This document shows positions 20,736 through 32,011 of a stretch of DNA of 64,000 nucleotides, piece after piece. The notes beneath the pieces are model-generated. The model did no database searches. It worked only from the letters and a program-made list of their open reading frames with translations, and was not told where the DNA came from. This stretch comes from Blastocatellia bacterium (GTDB lineage: Bacteria > Acidobacteriota > Blastocatellia > UBA7656). The stretch spans positions 152,705 to 216,704 of the forward strand of contig CAVTUR010000010.1 of the NCBI GenBank assembly GCA_963737945.1, read 5' to 3'. The number at the start of each line of letters is the position of its first letter. Position 1 is the stretch's first letter. The position numbers and the translations under genes were made by a program.

Positions 20736-21699
20736 ATGCTTATGAGAAACCACTCTGGCTGTGCTGTGCCTGGCGTTCGCGAGCAGTCCCTTGATTAGCG
20801 CGTCCGGTTCCCATCTGCCCGCACCCGATAGCAAGATCATCGGCCGATGGGACATGACGATCATCGACGCAACCGGCGCTCAGTACCCATCGTGGTTCGA
20901 AGCAACCATCGAAGGTGGCACGCTCTCCGGACGTTTTGTAGGAAGGGTCGGGAGTCAGCGTCCCATCAAGACCATCGAGTTCGCAAACGGACATCTTACG
21001 TTCAGCCTCCCAATCCAGTTCGAGCCGCACAAGTCGGATCTTAAGTTCGAGGCTAGTCTGGTTGGCGGGCGTTTAGCGGGGACAACATTCGACCCGGACG
21101 GCGCGACGCTGAAATGGACCGCAGTCCGGGCGCCGAAGCTCGAACGCAAGAGTGGCCGAACTGGTAAGTCGATCACCCTGTTCAACGGCCGAGATCTGAG
21201 CGGGTGGAAGGTTCGCGATGCCAGGAAAGCCGACGCCTGGCGAGTGGTTGATGGCGTGATGGAGAACACTCCGCACGGCACCGACATCATTTCTGAGCGG
21301 AAATTTACCGACTTCAAGCTGCACGTCGAGTTCAAGATGGTCGAAAAAAGCAACAGCGGTGTCTATCTGCGCGGGCGTTACGAGGTCCAGATTGAGGACA
21401 ACTTTGGAATGGAGCCCGAAAGTCATCGCATCGGCGGAATCTATGGCTCTATTACGCCCAACAGCAATCCCTCAAAAAAAGCCGGCGAGTGGCAGAGTTT
21501 TGACATTACGTTGATCGGACGAAAAGTCACTGTAGTGCTCAACGACAAACCGATCATCGGAATCACTGAGATTCCCGGAATCACGGGAGGCGCGCTCGAC
21601 AGCAAAGAGGGTGAACCCGGACCAATAATGTTGCAAGGGGATCACGAGAAGATTTTTTTCCGCAACATAGTCATCACGCCGATAGCACACCGCGACTGA
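20736..21699 (+). CDS. 3-keto-disaccharide hydrolase domain protein (DUF1080/PF06439) with N-terminal extra domain and signal peptide; apparent frameshift near 20757
   Basis: gaaggag RBS followed by ATG. DUF1080 signatures SNSGVYLRGRYEVQIEDN and GPIMLQGDHEKIFFRNIVI. Confidence 0.65.
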
Positions 21700-21706
21700 G
21701 CAAACT

Positions 21707-22424
21707 ATGGGAAGGTGTTGTCTTCAAGTCCCTACGTTGGTCCTGATGGCGCTCATCCCAATGGCCTCGGTTTTTCCTGGTAGTGCTGCCCGTCAGGGCG
21801 CTGTGCAACCGCCAGACGCAGGCGGACCCACACCGGATCAGGCGCCCGACAAGCGCTCCTTACACCGGCGACCTCTCGATCTTCGAAGACCCAAATCGTG
21901 ACGAGAATCTGCAGATCAGCCGCGTCATGGGACTTGTTGAAGATCAAGAAAGGCTCCAGCGTGGCCGACATTGGGGCCGGCTCCGGCTGGTTTACCGTAA
22001 GAGCGGCGCGTCGGGTTGGCGAAAAGGGCAAAGTGTACGCAGTCGAGATCAACACTGAGTTTCTCTATTGCATCCTTAGGCGGGCTTCCGATTAGAAACT
22101 GGCAAACATTCACACTGTGCTGTGGCAAAGAAGACGATCCGCTGCTGGCGCCAGATAGCCTGGATGCGGCTCTTGTGCTGAAGAGTTACCATGAAGATCG
22201 CTGAGCCCATCCTGCTGCTCGCCCGGCTAAGGCAATCTCTGCGACCCGGTGCATTGTTGGGTGTCATCGATCGCAACGGAAACCACGGGATAAGCAAGCA
22301 CACGGTCATCAACGAGGCCAGGGAGGCCGGTTTCTCCCTCGTCGACGAGTATGATTTCGTCAAACCCGACGGTATGGATTATTTTCTGGTTTTTCGCCTT
22401 AGCGCGCCCGGCTCGGTCCCCTGA
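21707..22424 (+). pseudogene. Class I SAM-dependent methyltransferase (Methyltransf_11-like) with N-terminal signal peptide; 3 or more frameshifts
   Basis: Fragments across three frames: MGRCCLQVPTLVLMALIPMASVF…; …VADIGAGSGWFTVRAARRVGEKGKVYAVEIN… (SAM-binding GxGxG); …GVIDRNGNHGISKHTVINEAREAGFSLVDEYDF…. Confidence 0.5.
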
Positions 22425-22608
22425 ATACCCCCGCGTTCTCTCAGCCTAAACATAGACGTAACTGTCAGAATCCGCCCGACGTACGTGTAAATTGCTGGGG
22501 GCGTTGTCTTCCGAGGATAATATCTATCGAGCCAGGGGCAAGGAACTGCTCAGCCGCTTGAAGACCCCGCATCGTGCGCTCCATGACTAAAGAAGGTATC
22601 ATTAGTCG

Positions 22609-23857
22609 ATGTTTTTGAGTTTGATCAACAACGTACACAGAGCCTCACGGGGCCGCAGGATCCTGCTGTCGGCCAGCCTGTTTTTGCCGATAGCCCTCAC
22701 GTCATTGGCCTGCAAAAGCGGTTACCCGGTTTCAGCCAGGAATAACCCGGGCGGCGAAGCTGGTGAACCTCGTCAGGTAAAACTTGCGCGCGCCGCGCAA
22801 ATCTCGATGGAACAGACGGTCACTGTCACGGGCACCCTTGCCGCCTATGATCAAGCGACAGTCAGCGCGAAAGTGCCCGGGCGCGTCAAAACAATAGCCG
22901 TCGACTTGGGAAGCGTGGTCCGGCAGGGCCAGATCATTGCTCAAATCGAGGAGCAAGACTACCAACTGCGCCTTCAACAATCGGAAGCCGCGCTCGCGCA
23001 GGCGCGCGCGCGTGTCGGCTTGCCCCCCGAGGGGAAAGACGACCGAATAGATGCGGAAAACACTGGGACCGTCAGGCAAGCCCAGGCGCTGCTCGACGAC
23101 TCGAAGCTAAAGCTCGAACGTGCGCGGAATCTGGTTCAGCGCGGAGTGCTGGCGAAGGCTCAACTCGAGGCCGCGGAGTCCGAAAACAAAATCGCGCTCA
23201 GCCGTTATCAGGATGCCGTCGAGGAGATTCGAAACCGCCAGGCATTGGTAGTTCAGCGCCGTTCCGAGCTCGAGATCGCCCGACAACAACTCGCTGATTC
23301 TTCGATCTCCGCGCCATTTGCCGGTGTCGTTCAGGAGAAACGCGCCAGCATCGGCGAATATCTTGCGGCGGGTGCACCGGTCGTCAACGTCGTCAGAATG
23401 GATCCGCTGCGACTGCGCGCTGAAGTGCCCGAACGCGAGTCTCGTAACGTGCACGTAGGCCTGGCGGTGCGCGTCACATTGGAGGGCGATCCCAACGTTT
23501 ATGCCGGCAAGATCGCGCGCATAAGCCCGACTATTACGGCGCAGAACCGTGTGTTGATAGTCGAAGCCGAAGTCCATAATAGCGGTCAGCTTCGTCCCGG
23601 TTCGTATGCGCGCGCGGAGATCAGTCTCCGACGACACCAAACCGGCGATCGCTGTACCAACAAACGCGATCGTCAGCTTTGCGGGTATCGACAAAGTTAT
23701 CCTCGTGCAGGACGGCAAAGCGCTTGAAAAGCCGGTTACGCTCGGGCGTCGGAGTGCCGATTTCGTTGAAATTTTGTCCGGGCTAAAAGTTGGAGATCCT
23801 GTGGTGATCGATCCCGGCAATCTCCAATCCGGGCAACCGGTGGTTGTAACAGAATAG
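22609..23857 (+). CDS. RND efflux periplasmic adaptor (membrane fusion protein, HlyD family) lipoprotein; apparent frameshift near 23620
   Basis: Lipobox LTSLAC. Coiled-coil and beta-barrel MFP features. C-terminus …AIVSFAGIDKVILVQDGKALEKPVTLGRRSADFVEI… lies in a shifted frame (ORF 23606-23857). Confidence 0.7.
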
Positions 23858-23926
23858 TTTCTCGTTTCTGGTTGATGGTTTGCGCGGCGCACTGAACTAG
23901 AAACCAGAAACTGGAAACTAGAAACG
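23857..23926. repeat. Heptamer-array palindrome gtttctcgtttctggtt … gaaaccagaaactggaaactagaaac between the MFP and RND genes
   Basis: Inverted tandem gtttctg / cagaaac units. Same motif family as 36557-36630. Confidence 0.65.
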
Positions 23927-23934
23927 ATTTAGTT

Positions 23935-26900
23935 ATGCAAAAGCTCGCAGAAATCTGTATCAAGAGGCCGGTCTTCGCGGCGATGATCATTCTTGCGCTG
24001 GTTGTAGTCGGCGCCGCCAGTTACTTCCGCCTCGGAGTGGATCGCTTCCCTTCCTTCGACCTCCCGAATGTGAGCGTGCGCACGTCCTTGCCCGGGGGCG
24101 CGCCCGAGGAGGTCGAGAGCGAGGTTTCACAAAAAATCGAAGAGGCCGTCAACACCGTCGAGGGTATCGAGGAGTTGCGCTCGATCTCAGCTCAGGGCAA
24201 CTCTATTGTTTTCGCTACCTTCAATCTCAACCGGGACATCGATACCGCGGCGCAAGACGTTCGGGACCGGGTCGCCAGCGTCATCCGCGATCTTCCGCGT
24301 GATGTCGATCCGCCGATCGTCAACAAGTTCAACAACGACTCATCCGCGGTGATGACCGTCGCTCTGTCGGCGGACCGGTCAGTTCGAGAACTTACGGAAT
24401 TGGCCGATAAGTTGGTGAAGCCCGTGCTCGAACGCTCAACGGGAGTCGGCGAGATAGATATCGTTGGGGGACTCGGTCGAGCTATCAATGTGTGGGTCGA
24501 TGCCGACCGGCTCGCTGCCTATCAGCTCCCGATCAGCACGGTGCGTAACGCAATCGTCAGGCAAAACGCCGACGCTCCGGGCGGCAATGTGACTTTGGGC
24601 AACCGCGAGCAGTCGCTTCGGACGATGGGTCGTGTAGCGGATCCGAAAATATTCAACGATCTGGTGGTCGCCACAATAAACGGGGCGCCGGTCCACATTC
24701 GCGACATCGGGTATGCCGAAGACGGAACGAAGGAGCAGCGGTCGGTGGCGCGGTTAAACGGCATTCCGACGGTCACGATTGAAGTGAGACGGCAGACCGG
24801 GACGAACACCGTTGAGGTCATCGAGGCCGCAAAAGGCGAGTCTCGCTCGCATAGCCGAGCAACTTCCTTCCGACGTCAAAATGGAGGTTATCCGCGATCA
24901 ATCGCGATACATCTATGCCGCGCTGCACGAGATAACGCTTCACCTTGTGCTGGGCAGCATTCTTGCGTCGCTGGTGGTGTCTGGCGTTCATGCGGAGCTG
25001 GCGTTCTACCATCATCGCTGCGATCGCGATTCCCTCATCGGTTGATCGCGACTTTCGGGATGATGCGGGCGCTCAACTTCACGCTGAACAGCGTCACGAT
25101 GCTTGCGCTTGTTCTGATGGTCGGGGTCGTTATCGATGACGCAATCGTCGTGCTCGAAAACATCTTCCGATTCGTCGAGGAAAAGAAGATGCATCCGTGG
25201 GAGGCTGCGCGCGCCGCGACCGCCGAGATCGGGCTCGCGGTGATGGCGACGACCTTCAGCCTCGTGGTGATCTTCGTGCCGGTCTCCTTCATGTCCAGCA
25301 TCTCGGGGCGGTTCCTCTATCAGTTTGGGATAACCGCGGCGGTCGCGATTCTGGTTAGCCTCCTCGTGTCATTCACCCTGACGCCGATGATGAGCGCGCG
25401 GTTGCTCTCGGGCGGCTGACGTTGCTTCGCACGAGGAGAAGCCGGCACGATCCAGACGCGGGTTCTATGCGTTCATCGACGCGGTCCTATACCTGGATGC
25501 TCAGCCTCGCCATTCGTCATCGAGTCGCGGTAGCCGTATTGCGTCCGGTAATCCTCTCGTCCGTCCCTCTGTACAAGCGCCGTGAAGCAGGATTTCATCC
25601 CGACAGACGTCGATGAAGTCGAGTTCGACGTAAACGTGAACGCGCCCGAAGGCACGAGCATGGAGCCATGAACAAGGTGATGCTCGCGGTTGAAGCCGAT
25701 TCGCGAGACGCCGGGCGTCCAGGTGGTGCTCGCGACCGCGGGCGGCGGCTTCATCGGGGGCGTAAATCAAGGCAGTGCCTATGTGCGTATTCAGCCGATC
25801 GAAGAGCGTTCGTTTTCGGTCGCGCGCTTTGGGAAGGGCTTATCCATGGCAGGCCGCTGGAGGCTTTCAATACCAACTACTCCCAGCGCGATGTGATGCA
25901 GGAGATTCGCAGCAGGCTAAGAAAGTACAAAGATCTGCGGAGCTCGTTCGAAACGCCCGGTCGTTCAACATCGGCGGCGGCGGCGCCGAAATAGACTTCG
26001 TGTTGCGCGGACCGGACCTTGATATGCTCGCTCAGTACGCTGAAGAGCTCCGCTTAAAGGCGCCCGAGCTTGGCATTATCGACGCCGATACGACATTGAA
26101 GCTCGACAAACCCGAACTGCGAGTCGAAATTGATCGCGCGCGCGCGGCGGATCTGGGGGTCTCAACCGAAGACATCGCCAGTGCCCTGCGGCTGATGGTC
26201 GGGGGCGACCAGCGAGTGTCACGCTTCCGCGACGAGGCGGTAAACGATGATTACGATGTGCAGATCCGATTGAGCCAGGGGCAGCGCAACGACCCCGCCA
26301 CTATCTCGCGGCTATACGTACCGCGGCAGAACGGAGAGCTGGCACGGCTCGATAACCTGGTCAAGATAGTTCCGGCAAATACCGCCTCGCGAATCGATCG
26401 CCTCGATCGGCAGCGTCAGGTGAGCCTGCGAGCCTCGGTCGCGCCGGGCTACGCGCTTTCCGACCGGCTCGAAGCACTTCGAAACGAAGTCGCAAATATG
26501 CATCTGCCCGCCGCATACTCGACGGCAATCTCAGGACGCGCCAAGGAACTTGAACGAACGTTTTCCGAGTTCATCTGGGCGTTTTTGCTTTCGGTAATTT
26601 TCATGTACATGATCCTGGCGTCGCAGTTCGAGAGCGTTGTTCACCCGATTACAATATTGCTCTCGCTTCCGCTTTCGATACCATTCGCTCTGTTGTCGCT
26701 CTGGGTGACCGGCAACACGCTAAACCTCTACTCCGCTCTCGGTATTCTGGTGTTGTTTGGTGTTGTAAAGAAGAACGCGATTCTGCAGATCGACCACATG
26801 AACGGTCTGCGCCGGAAGGGAATGGACCGCCCCGAAGCGATCATGCAAGCGAACCGAGACCGGCTTCGCCCAATCTTGATGACAACGTTGGCTCTGGTGG

Positions 26901-27197
26901 CAGGAATGATGCCGCTTGCGCTGGGCACCGGACCCGGGTCGGACGAGCGGCGCGCGATTGCCGTTGTGGTAATAGGCGGACAGACGCTTCTCGTTGCTGT
27001 TGACGTTGATAGTCACGCCGGTGGCCTATTCGCTGCTTCGACGATCTCGGTGCAACTGCAACATGGCGATCGCTCGCGAACCGGGCCTACGCGTTGACCC
27101 ATCCGTTCAGAAAACGAGTCCGATCGGCGGACGCGCAACGAGTTTCATCAGAGATAGACAGCATTGGCGCGGAGATTCAGCTGCGGCGAAAAAGTGA
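23935..27197 (+). pseudogene. RND (HAE1/AcrB-type) efflux permease, heavily disrupted (8 or more frameshifts)
   Basis: Recognisable AcrB segments are scattered over all three frames. They include MQKLAEICIKRPVFAAMIILALVV…, …ATFGMMRALNFTLNSVTMLALVLMVGVVIDDAIVVLENI…, …FIWAFLLSVIFMYMILASQFESVVHPITILLSLPLS… and …LLTLIVTPVAYSLL. Confidence 0.7.
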
Positions 27198-27388
27198 CGA
27201 CGAGACTGAAGGTAGGCGTCGGGGATTAGGACCTCTTGGCATAGTTGGGTCCCCGCGATGAAAAATAGACTGTAAAGACAAGTTGCGTTGCGGAATTACT
27301 GACCCGAACACGGGCGTAACAGATTGGGATGATCTTCATGGTGTAATCCTACCCAGATTTACATTCCTTTTCCAAGGCCCAAACCTCT

Positions 27389-30300
27389 TCAGAAAGTGAA
27401 TAGCCGGGTCACAGCCACCTTGGTTCTCGCTAGCCGTGCACGCGCCGCGGCAAAGACGCGCTTCTCTTCAATCTCGGCGAAGATCGAATACGCCACCGGT
27501 GTCACGATCAATGTGAGCAGCAAACACAAACTCTGGCCGCCAATAATCGTCACCGCGATCGCCGAGCGTTGAGCCGAGCCCGCTCCGATCCCTATCGCCG
27601 TTGGAATCAGCCCGCCGATGATCGAGAATGTGGTCATCAAAATAGGTCTCAACCGAACGTGATTAGCCTGCATGATCGCTTCACGCAGCGGCACTCCTTG
27701 ATCGCGAAGCTTGTTGGTGTAGTCCACCTGAAGGATTCCGTTCTTTTTGACGATCCCCAGCAAAAGCAAGACGCCGAGCGCGCTCCAGAGATTCAGCGTC
27801 CTCCCGGTCAGCCATAACGACAGCAGCGCAAACGGGATCGACAGCGGCAGAGCGAGCATGATCGTAAACGGATGGAGGAAGCTTTCAAACTGCGCCGCCA
27901 GAACCATGTACATGAAGATTGACGCAAGCAGGAAAGCGACGATCAGGTTGGTGGTGGTCTCATCCAGAATCTTGACCGTACCGATGAGACGCGACGAATA
28001 GCCCTTGGGCAAGCCGACCTTTTGTATTTCCTCGTTCACCGTTCGCGCAGCCACATCAAGCGGGAAGTCAGGCGCGTTGTTGGCATTCACTGATACCTGA
28101 AACTGGCGGTTGAATCGTTCGATGCGTGAGGGGCCAAGTCCGTGCTGGATCGTCGCGATATTGTCGAGCCGCACCTGACCGACTTTGGTTGACGGGATCA
28201 TCAGCCTCGCCAGCATCTCCCGGTCCTTCTGCTGCTCGGGCAATAGCTGAAGTGTGACGTCGTATTGCTCATCGCCTTCCTTGTAGGTTGAGATCTGATC
28301 CTCACCCGAGATCATCAGCCTCACTGCGCTGGCGACATCCGAGGCACGCACCCCCAGATCGCTTGCACGCTGGCGATCGATCTTGACCTGGAGCTCGGGG
28401 CTGTTGAGGCTCACGCTCGCCTCGACATCAAGAAGCCCGGGTACGGCGCGCATTCTTTCAGCCACTTCCTTTGACAACTCGGCGGCCTTGACAAAGTCCG
28501 GACCCAAAACAAGCGCGCGGACCGGGAAGTACAGTTCGCCGCCCCCCAACGCCGAAGGTATGATGACCTTGCTCCTGAGGTTCTTGTATTCGGCGGTGAT
28601 CTTGCGTACCTTTGCCGCGACGTCCAGATTTGTCGCTTTTCGCTGCGACGCGTCAATCAGACGGACGTAGATGTGATTGTGGCTTGACAATCCTTCGTGA
28701 ATAAAGGGATTGACGAACTCGACCTCCGGTATCTGCTTGATCCGCTCAGCGACCTCCAGGGCTTGCTTCGAAGTGCCCTCGATCGACGTGCCCTCGGGCC
28801 AGTTCATCGATACCTGAAACTCGCTCTGGTCGTCCGGCGGAATCCAGTCACGGCCCACCATCGCATTCAATGGAAATGTGAGCGCAAACGTCGCGAGCGC
28901 AACGCCGACAACAACCATTCGATGACTCAACGACCAGTCGAGAATCCTCCCGTAGGTGCGATCCATCCAACCAAACAAACGCTGATCTTTCGATGTGTGC
29001 TCTGAATGGGGGTTGGGGGTTGTGGGCTGGAGGTTGGATGAGACGGTGTCTGAGTCGACTGAATCGTCCGAGTCTTCACGCTTGTGCGCAAGCCGCTTCA
29101 GCATCTTCGAACTGAGCATCGGCGTCAGGGTAAAGCTCACCAGCATCGACACCATCACCGCGAACGCCATGGTCCATCCGAACTGATTCACATAGCGCCG
29201 CGCATAGCCGGTCATGAACGCAATCGGCACAAAGATGATCACCAGAGAAATCGTCGTCGCCACAACCGCAAGCGTGATCTCCTTTGTGGCCTCGATTGCA
29301 GCCTGTTTTGGCTCGTAGTGCTTCTCCTCGATATAGCGCACGATGTTCTCGAGCACCACTATCGCATCGTCAATCACGATTCCGACCGCGAGCGTCAGCG
29401 CCAGCAGTGTCATGTTGTTCAAGGTAAAATCCATCGCCTTGAGCAGCGTGAACGTAGCGATGATCGAGGTCGGGATGGCGACTGCGGCAATCAGCACCGA
29501 CCGAAGGCTGCGAATAAACAGGAGGACCACCAGACTGGCCAGCAAACTCCCGAACAGCAAATGTTCCTCGAGCGACGCAACCGAGGCGTTGATAAATACC
29601 GACTGGTCGCGGATGATGCGCAGGCTGATCCCCTGGGGCAGCGTCTTCTTGATCTGCTCGATCTTTTTCTTGACCGCATCGATGATCTTGACGGTGTTGG
29701 TGCCCGACTGTCTGCGTACGTCAAGCGACACTGCCTGCTTTCCTTCGATCGAGTTCCACGTGCGCGGTTCGGCAAAGCTGTCTTCCACACGGCCAACATC
29801 GCTCACTCGTATGGGTGTCCCGTTGACGTTGGCGACGATTATCTCGCCGAACTGGCTGATGGCGTCGATCCTCCCCAGCGTGCGGATGCCCAGCTCGGAT
29901 TCGCCGCGAATGATCCGGCCACCTGGAATCTCCACGTTCTCGCTTTGAATCGCGCGCTGCAACTGGCTGATAGTGATCCCGTGCGCGTTGAGCTTCTCAG
30001 CGTCGGCATAGACCCGAATCTGCCGGTCGCGGCCGCCGGTCATGCTGACTTCGCCGACTCCGTCGACGGTCTCCAACACTCGCTTTATTTCTTTATCGGC
30101 AATCTCGGTTGTCTCACGGAGATTTCTTTCGCCGGCGACGACAAGAGAAATCACCGGATCCGAATCGGGGTCGGCTTTTTGAATGATCGGCGGAAGAATG
30201 TTCGGCGGGAGATTTCGAATGGCGCCGGCGACCTTCTCTCGAACATCCTGGGCGGCGCTTTCTATCTCTCGTTCGAGAAGAAACTTGCAGGTGATTCGAG

Positions 30301-30565
30301 CGCTACCTTCGCTGGCTTGCGAATTCAACTCATCGAGTCCGCTGATCGTGCTCACCGCCTCTTCCAGCGGTAGAACGACCTGCGTGGTGACCTCCTCCGA
30401 TGTGGCGCCGGGCAACCGAACGCTGACAGTAACGGTCGCAGGATCCGCTTTCGGAAAGAGATCAACGCCAAGGTCCTTGAACGAGAATACGCCAAGAACG
30501 ACCAAAAACGTGATCAACATGACCGCGAAGACCGGCCGCTTTACGCACAGTTCAGCAAGTGTCAT
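27389..30565 (-). CDS. RND (HAE1/AcrB-type) efflux permease, intact (about 1058 aa)
   Basis: N-terminus MTLAELCVKRPVFAVMLITFLVVLG after a ggagcc RBS. Full 12-TM architecture with two large periplasmic loops and the conserved FMTGYARRY and IFMYMVLAAQFESF motifs. Confidence 0.85.
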   Translation of the reverse strand: MTLAELCVKRPVFAVMLITFLVVLGVFSFKDLGVDLFPKADPATVTVSVRLPGATSEEVTTQVVLPLEEAVSTISGLDELNSQASEGSARITCKFLLEREIESAAQDVREKVAGAIRNLPPNILPPIIQKADPDSDPVISLVVAGERNLRETTEIADKEIKRVLETVDGVGEVSMTGGRDRQIRVYADAEKLNAHGITISQLQRAIQSENVEIPGGRIIRGESELGIRTLGRIDAISQFGEIIVANVNGTPIRVSDVGRVEDSFAEPRTWNSIEGKQAVSLDVRRQSGTNTVKIIDAVKKKIEQIKKTLPQGISLRIIRDQSVFINASVASLEEHLLFGSLLASLVVLLFIRSLRSVLIAAVAIPTSIIATFTLLKAMDFTLNNMTLLALTLAVGIVIDDAIVVLENIVRYIEEKHYEPKQAAIEATKEITLAVVATTISLVIIFVPIAFMTGYARRYVNQFGWTMAFAVMVSMLVSFTLTPMLSSKMLKRLAHKREDSDDSVDSDTVSSNLQPTTPNPHSEHTSKDQRLFGWMDRTYGRILDWSLSHRMVVVGVALATFALTFPLNAMVGRDWIPPDDQSEFQVSMNWPEGTSIEGTSKQALEVAERIKQIPEVEFVNPFIHEGLSSHNHIYVRLIDASQRKATNLDVAAKVRKITAEYKNLRSKVIIPSALGGGELYFPVRALVLGPDFVKAAELSKEVAERMRAVPGLLDVEASVSLNSPELQVKIDRQRASDLGVRASDVASAVRLMISGEDQISTYKEGDEQYDVTLQLLPEQQKDREMLARLMIPSTKVGQVRLDNIATIQHGLGPSRIERFNRQFQVSVNANNAPDFPLDVAARTVNEEIQKVGLPKGYSSRLIGTVKILDETTTNLIVAFLLASIFMYMVLAAQFESFLHPFTIMLALPLSIPFALLSLWLTGRTLNLWSALGVLLLLGIVKKNGILQVDYTNKLRDQGVPLREAIMQANHVRLRPILMTTFSIIGGLIPTAIGIGAGSAQRSAIAVTIIGGQSLCLLLTLIVTPVAYSIFAEIEEKRVFAAARARLARTKVAVTRLFTF

Positions 30566-30579
30566 CCTGAGGCTCCAAA

Positions 30580-30668
30580 GTGATGAGTGATGAGTGATGA
30601 GTGACAAATGGCGAGCCGCCGGGTCCTTATTTGTTATTCGTCACTTGTCACTCGTCACTTGTCACGCA
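30580..30668. repeat. Heptamer-array imperfect palindrome (agtgatg x3 … gtcact[tc] x4) between the MFP stop and RND start on the minus strand
   Basis: agtgatgagtgatgagtgatgagtgacaaatg … cgtcacttgtcactcgtcacttgtcacgc. Confidence 0.6.
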
Positions 30669-31871
30669 TCAATTCGCGACTTCGATGATCGCGCCTTCCT
30701 TCAAATCCTGGCCTTTCGCCGGGAGCGCTATTCGCTCGCCCGCCGTCAGGCCTTCGGCTATCTCGACCTCGTCGCCGTTCCGCTCTCCGACTTTTACTTC
30801 TCTTTCCTTCAGCGTGTTCCCGTCTATGACAAACACCTTGTAGACGCCGTAGACATACAACAGCGCGTCCTGAGGGACGAACAGCGCCTCGGCTACAAAG
30901 CTGGACGGGATCGTCGCTTTGACGAAGAAACCGGGCTTGAGCAGCGTCTCGCGGTTGTCTATCAATGCTTCGACTTCAAACGCGCGGGTTTGCTGATCAA
31001 CCGAAGGGTTGATACGGGTAATTTTTCCGCTAAACGTACGGCCCGGATAGGCTTCGACCGACACGGTGACCTCCTGACCGATCTTGACCCACGCAGCCAT
31101 CTTCTCCGGGACTCGCAACCGCACTCGCATCGGGTCGACATTGACGATCACCATCACCGGCGTCTGAACCTTGAGATATTGACCCTGGGTGACCGATCGC
31201 TCCTTGACCTGTCCTGCAAACGGCGCGCGAATGATCGAATCGCCGACCTTCTTCTGCGCGAGCGAGGTGGCCGCCTTAGACTGCGCCAATTGCGCGCGGA
31301 GGTTCTCAACCGTTTGCACCGACAGATCGTAGGCCGCCTGCGCAGCGTTGTGGCGGGACTCTGCTTCGTCAAAGCTCTGTTTGGGCAGTAAACCCTGCTC
31401 CAACAGCGTCTTTGCGCGGAGATATTTTTGCTCGGCGTCCGCGAGATCTGCGGCCGCTTTCTTGACCTCCGGCGCGCTGCGCACGTCCTTAAACTCTTCG
31501 CCGCTCTCTGAGAGACCAAGTCTCGCCCTCGCCTGTTGCAGGCTCGCGCGCTGCTGGTCGAGTGTCAACTGTAACTCGGTCGGGACGACTTTGACGATCG
31601 TCTGGCCCGCGGAAACGTGATCGCCGACGTCCACCAGGACCTGTTCCACGCGGCCTTCCACCTCTGAGCTCACCGTCACCTCATCCAGCGGGAACAGCGA
31701 TCCAACTGATTCAACATTGCGGCGAATCTGCTTTTGTTCGACCGGCAGGACGCGAACAGACATTGGTCGCGGGGAGGCGTTGTCGACAGCTTTCCCGGAC
31801 GTTTTGGAGCAAGAAACGAAGCCTAAAACAACGCACGAGAGGATTGTGATCGACAGCCATGGGGATGGCAT
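30669..31871 (-). CDS. RND efflux periplasmic adaptor (MFP/HlyD family) lipoprotein
   Basis: Lipobox …GFVSC. HlyD-like coiled coil (LQQARARLGLSESGEE…) and C-terminal beta-barrel. Sits immediately upstream of the intact RND gene. Confidence 0.8.
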   Translation of the reverse strand: MPSPWLSITILSCVVLGFVSCSKTSGKAVDNASPRPMSVRVLPVEQKQIRRNVESVGSLFPLDEVTVSSEVEGRVEQVLVDVGDHVSAGQTIVKVVPTELQLTLDQQRASLQQARARLGLSESGEEFKDVRSAPEVKKAAADLADAEQKYLRAKTLLEQGLLPKQSFDEAESRHNAAQAAYDLSVQTVENLRAQLAQSKAATSLAQKKVGDSIIRAPFAGQVKERSVTQGQYLKVQTPVMVIVNVDPMRVRLRVPEKMAAWVKIGQEVTVSVEAYPGRTFSGKITRINPSVDQQTRAFEVEALIDNRETLLKPGFFVKATIPSSFVAEALFVPQDALLYVYGVYKVFVIDGNTLKEREVKVGERNGDEVEIAEGLTAGERIALPAKGQDLKEGAIIEVAN

Positions 31872-32011
31872 CGGTATCGCATTGGCCCTTTGATTCACTA
31901 TAAGAGTCCTTCCGCTTTTCTGGTTAGGATGATGACAAAAAATAATACCGTACCAAATCTGATTGCGCGAAGCCACAGGCACTCTTGAATACGTCGATTA
32001 AGGCGCAGGAG

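Noticed and set aside
29084-31391. 429-aa and 265-aa plus-strand ORFs overlapping the intact RND and MFP genes
   Set aside because: His/Arg-rich antisense translations (HQHRHHHRERH…). The minus-strand genes are clearly the real ones.
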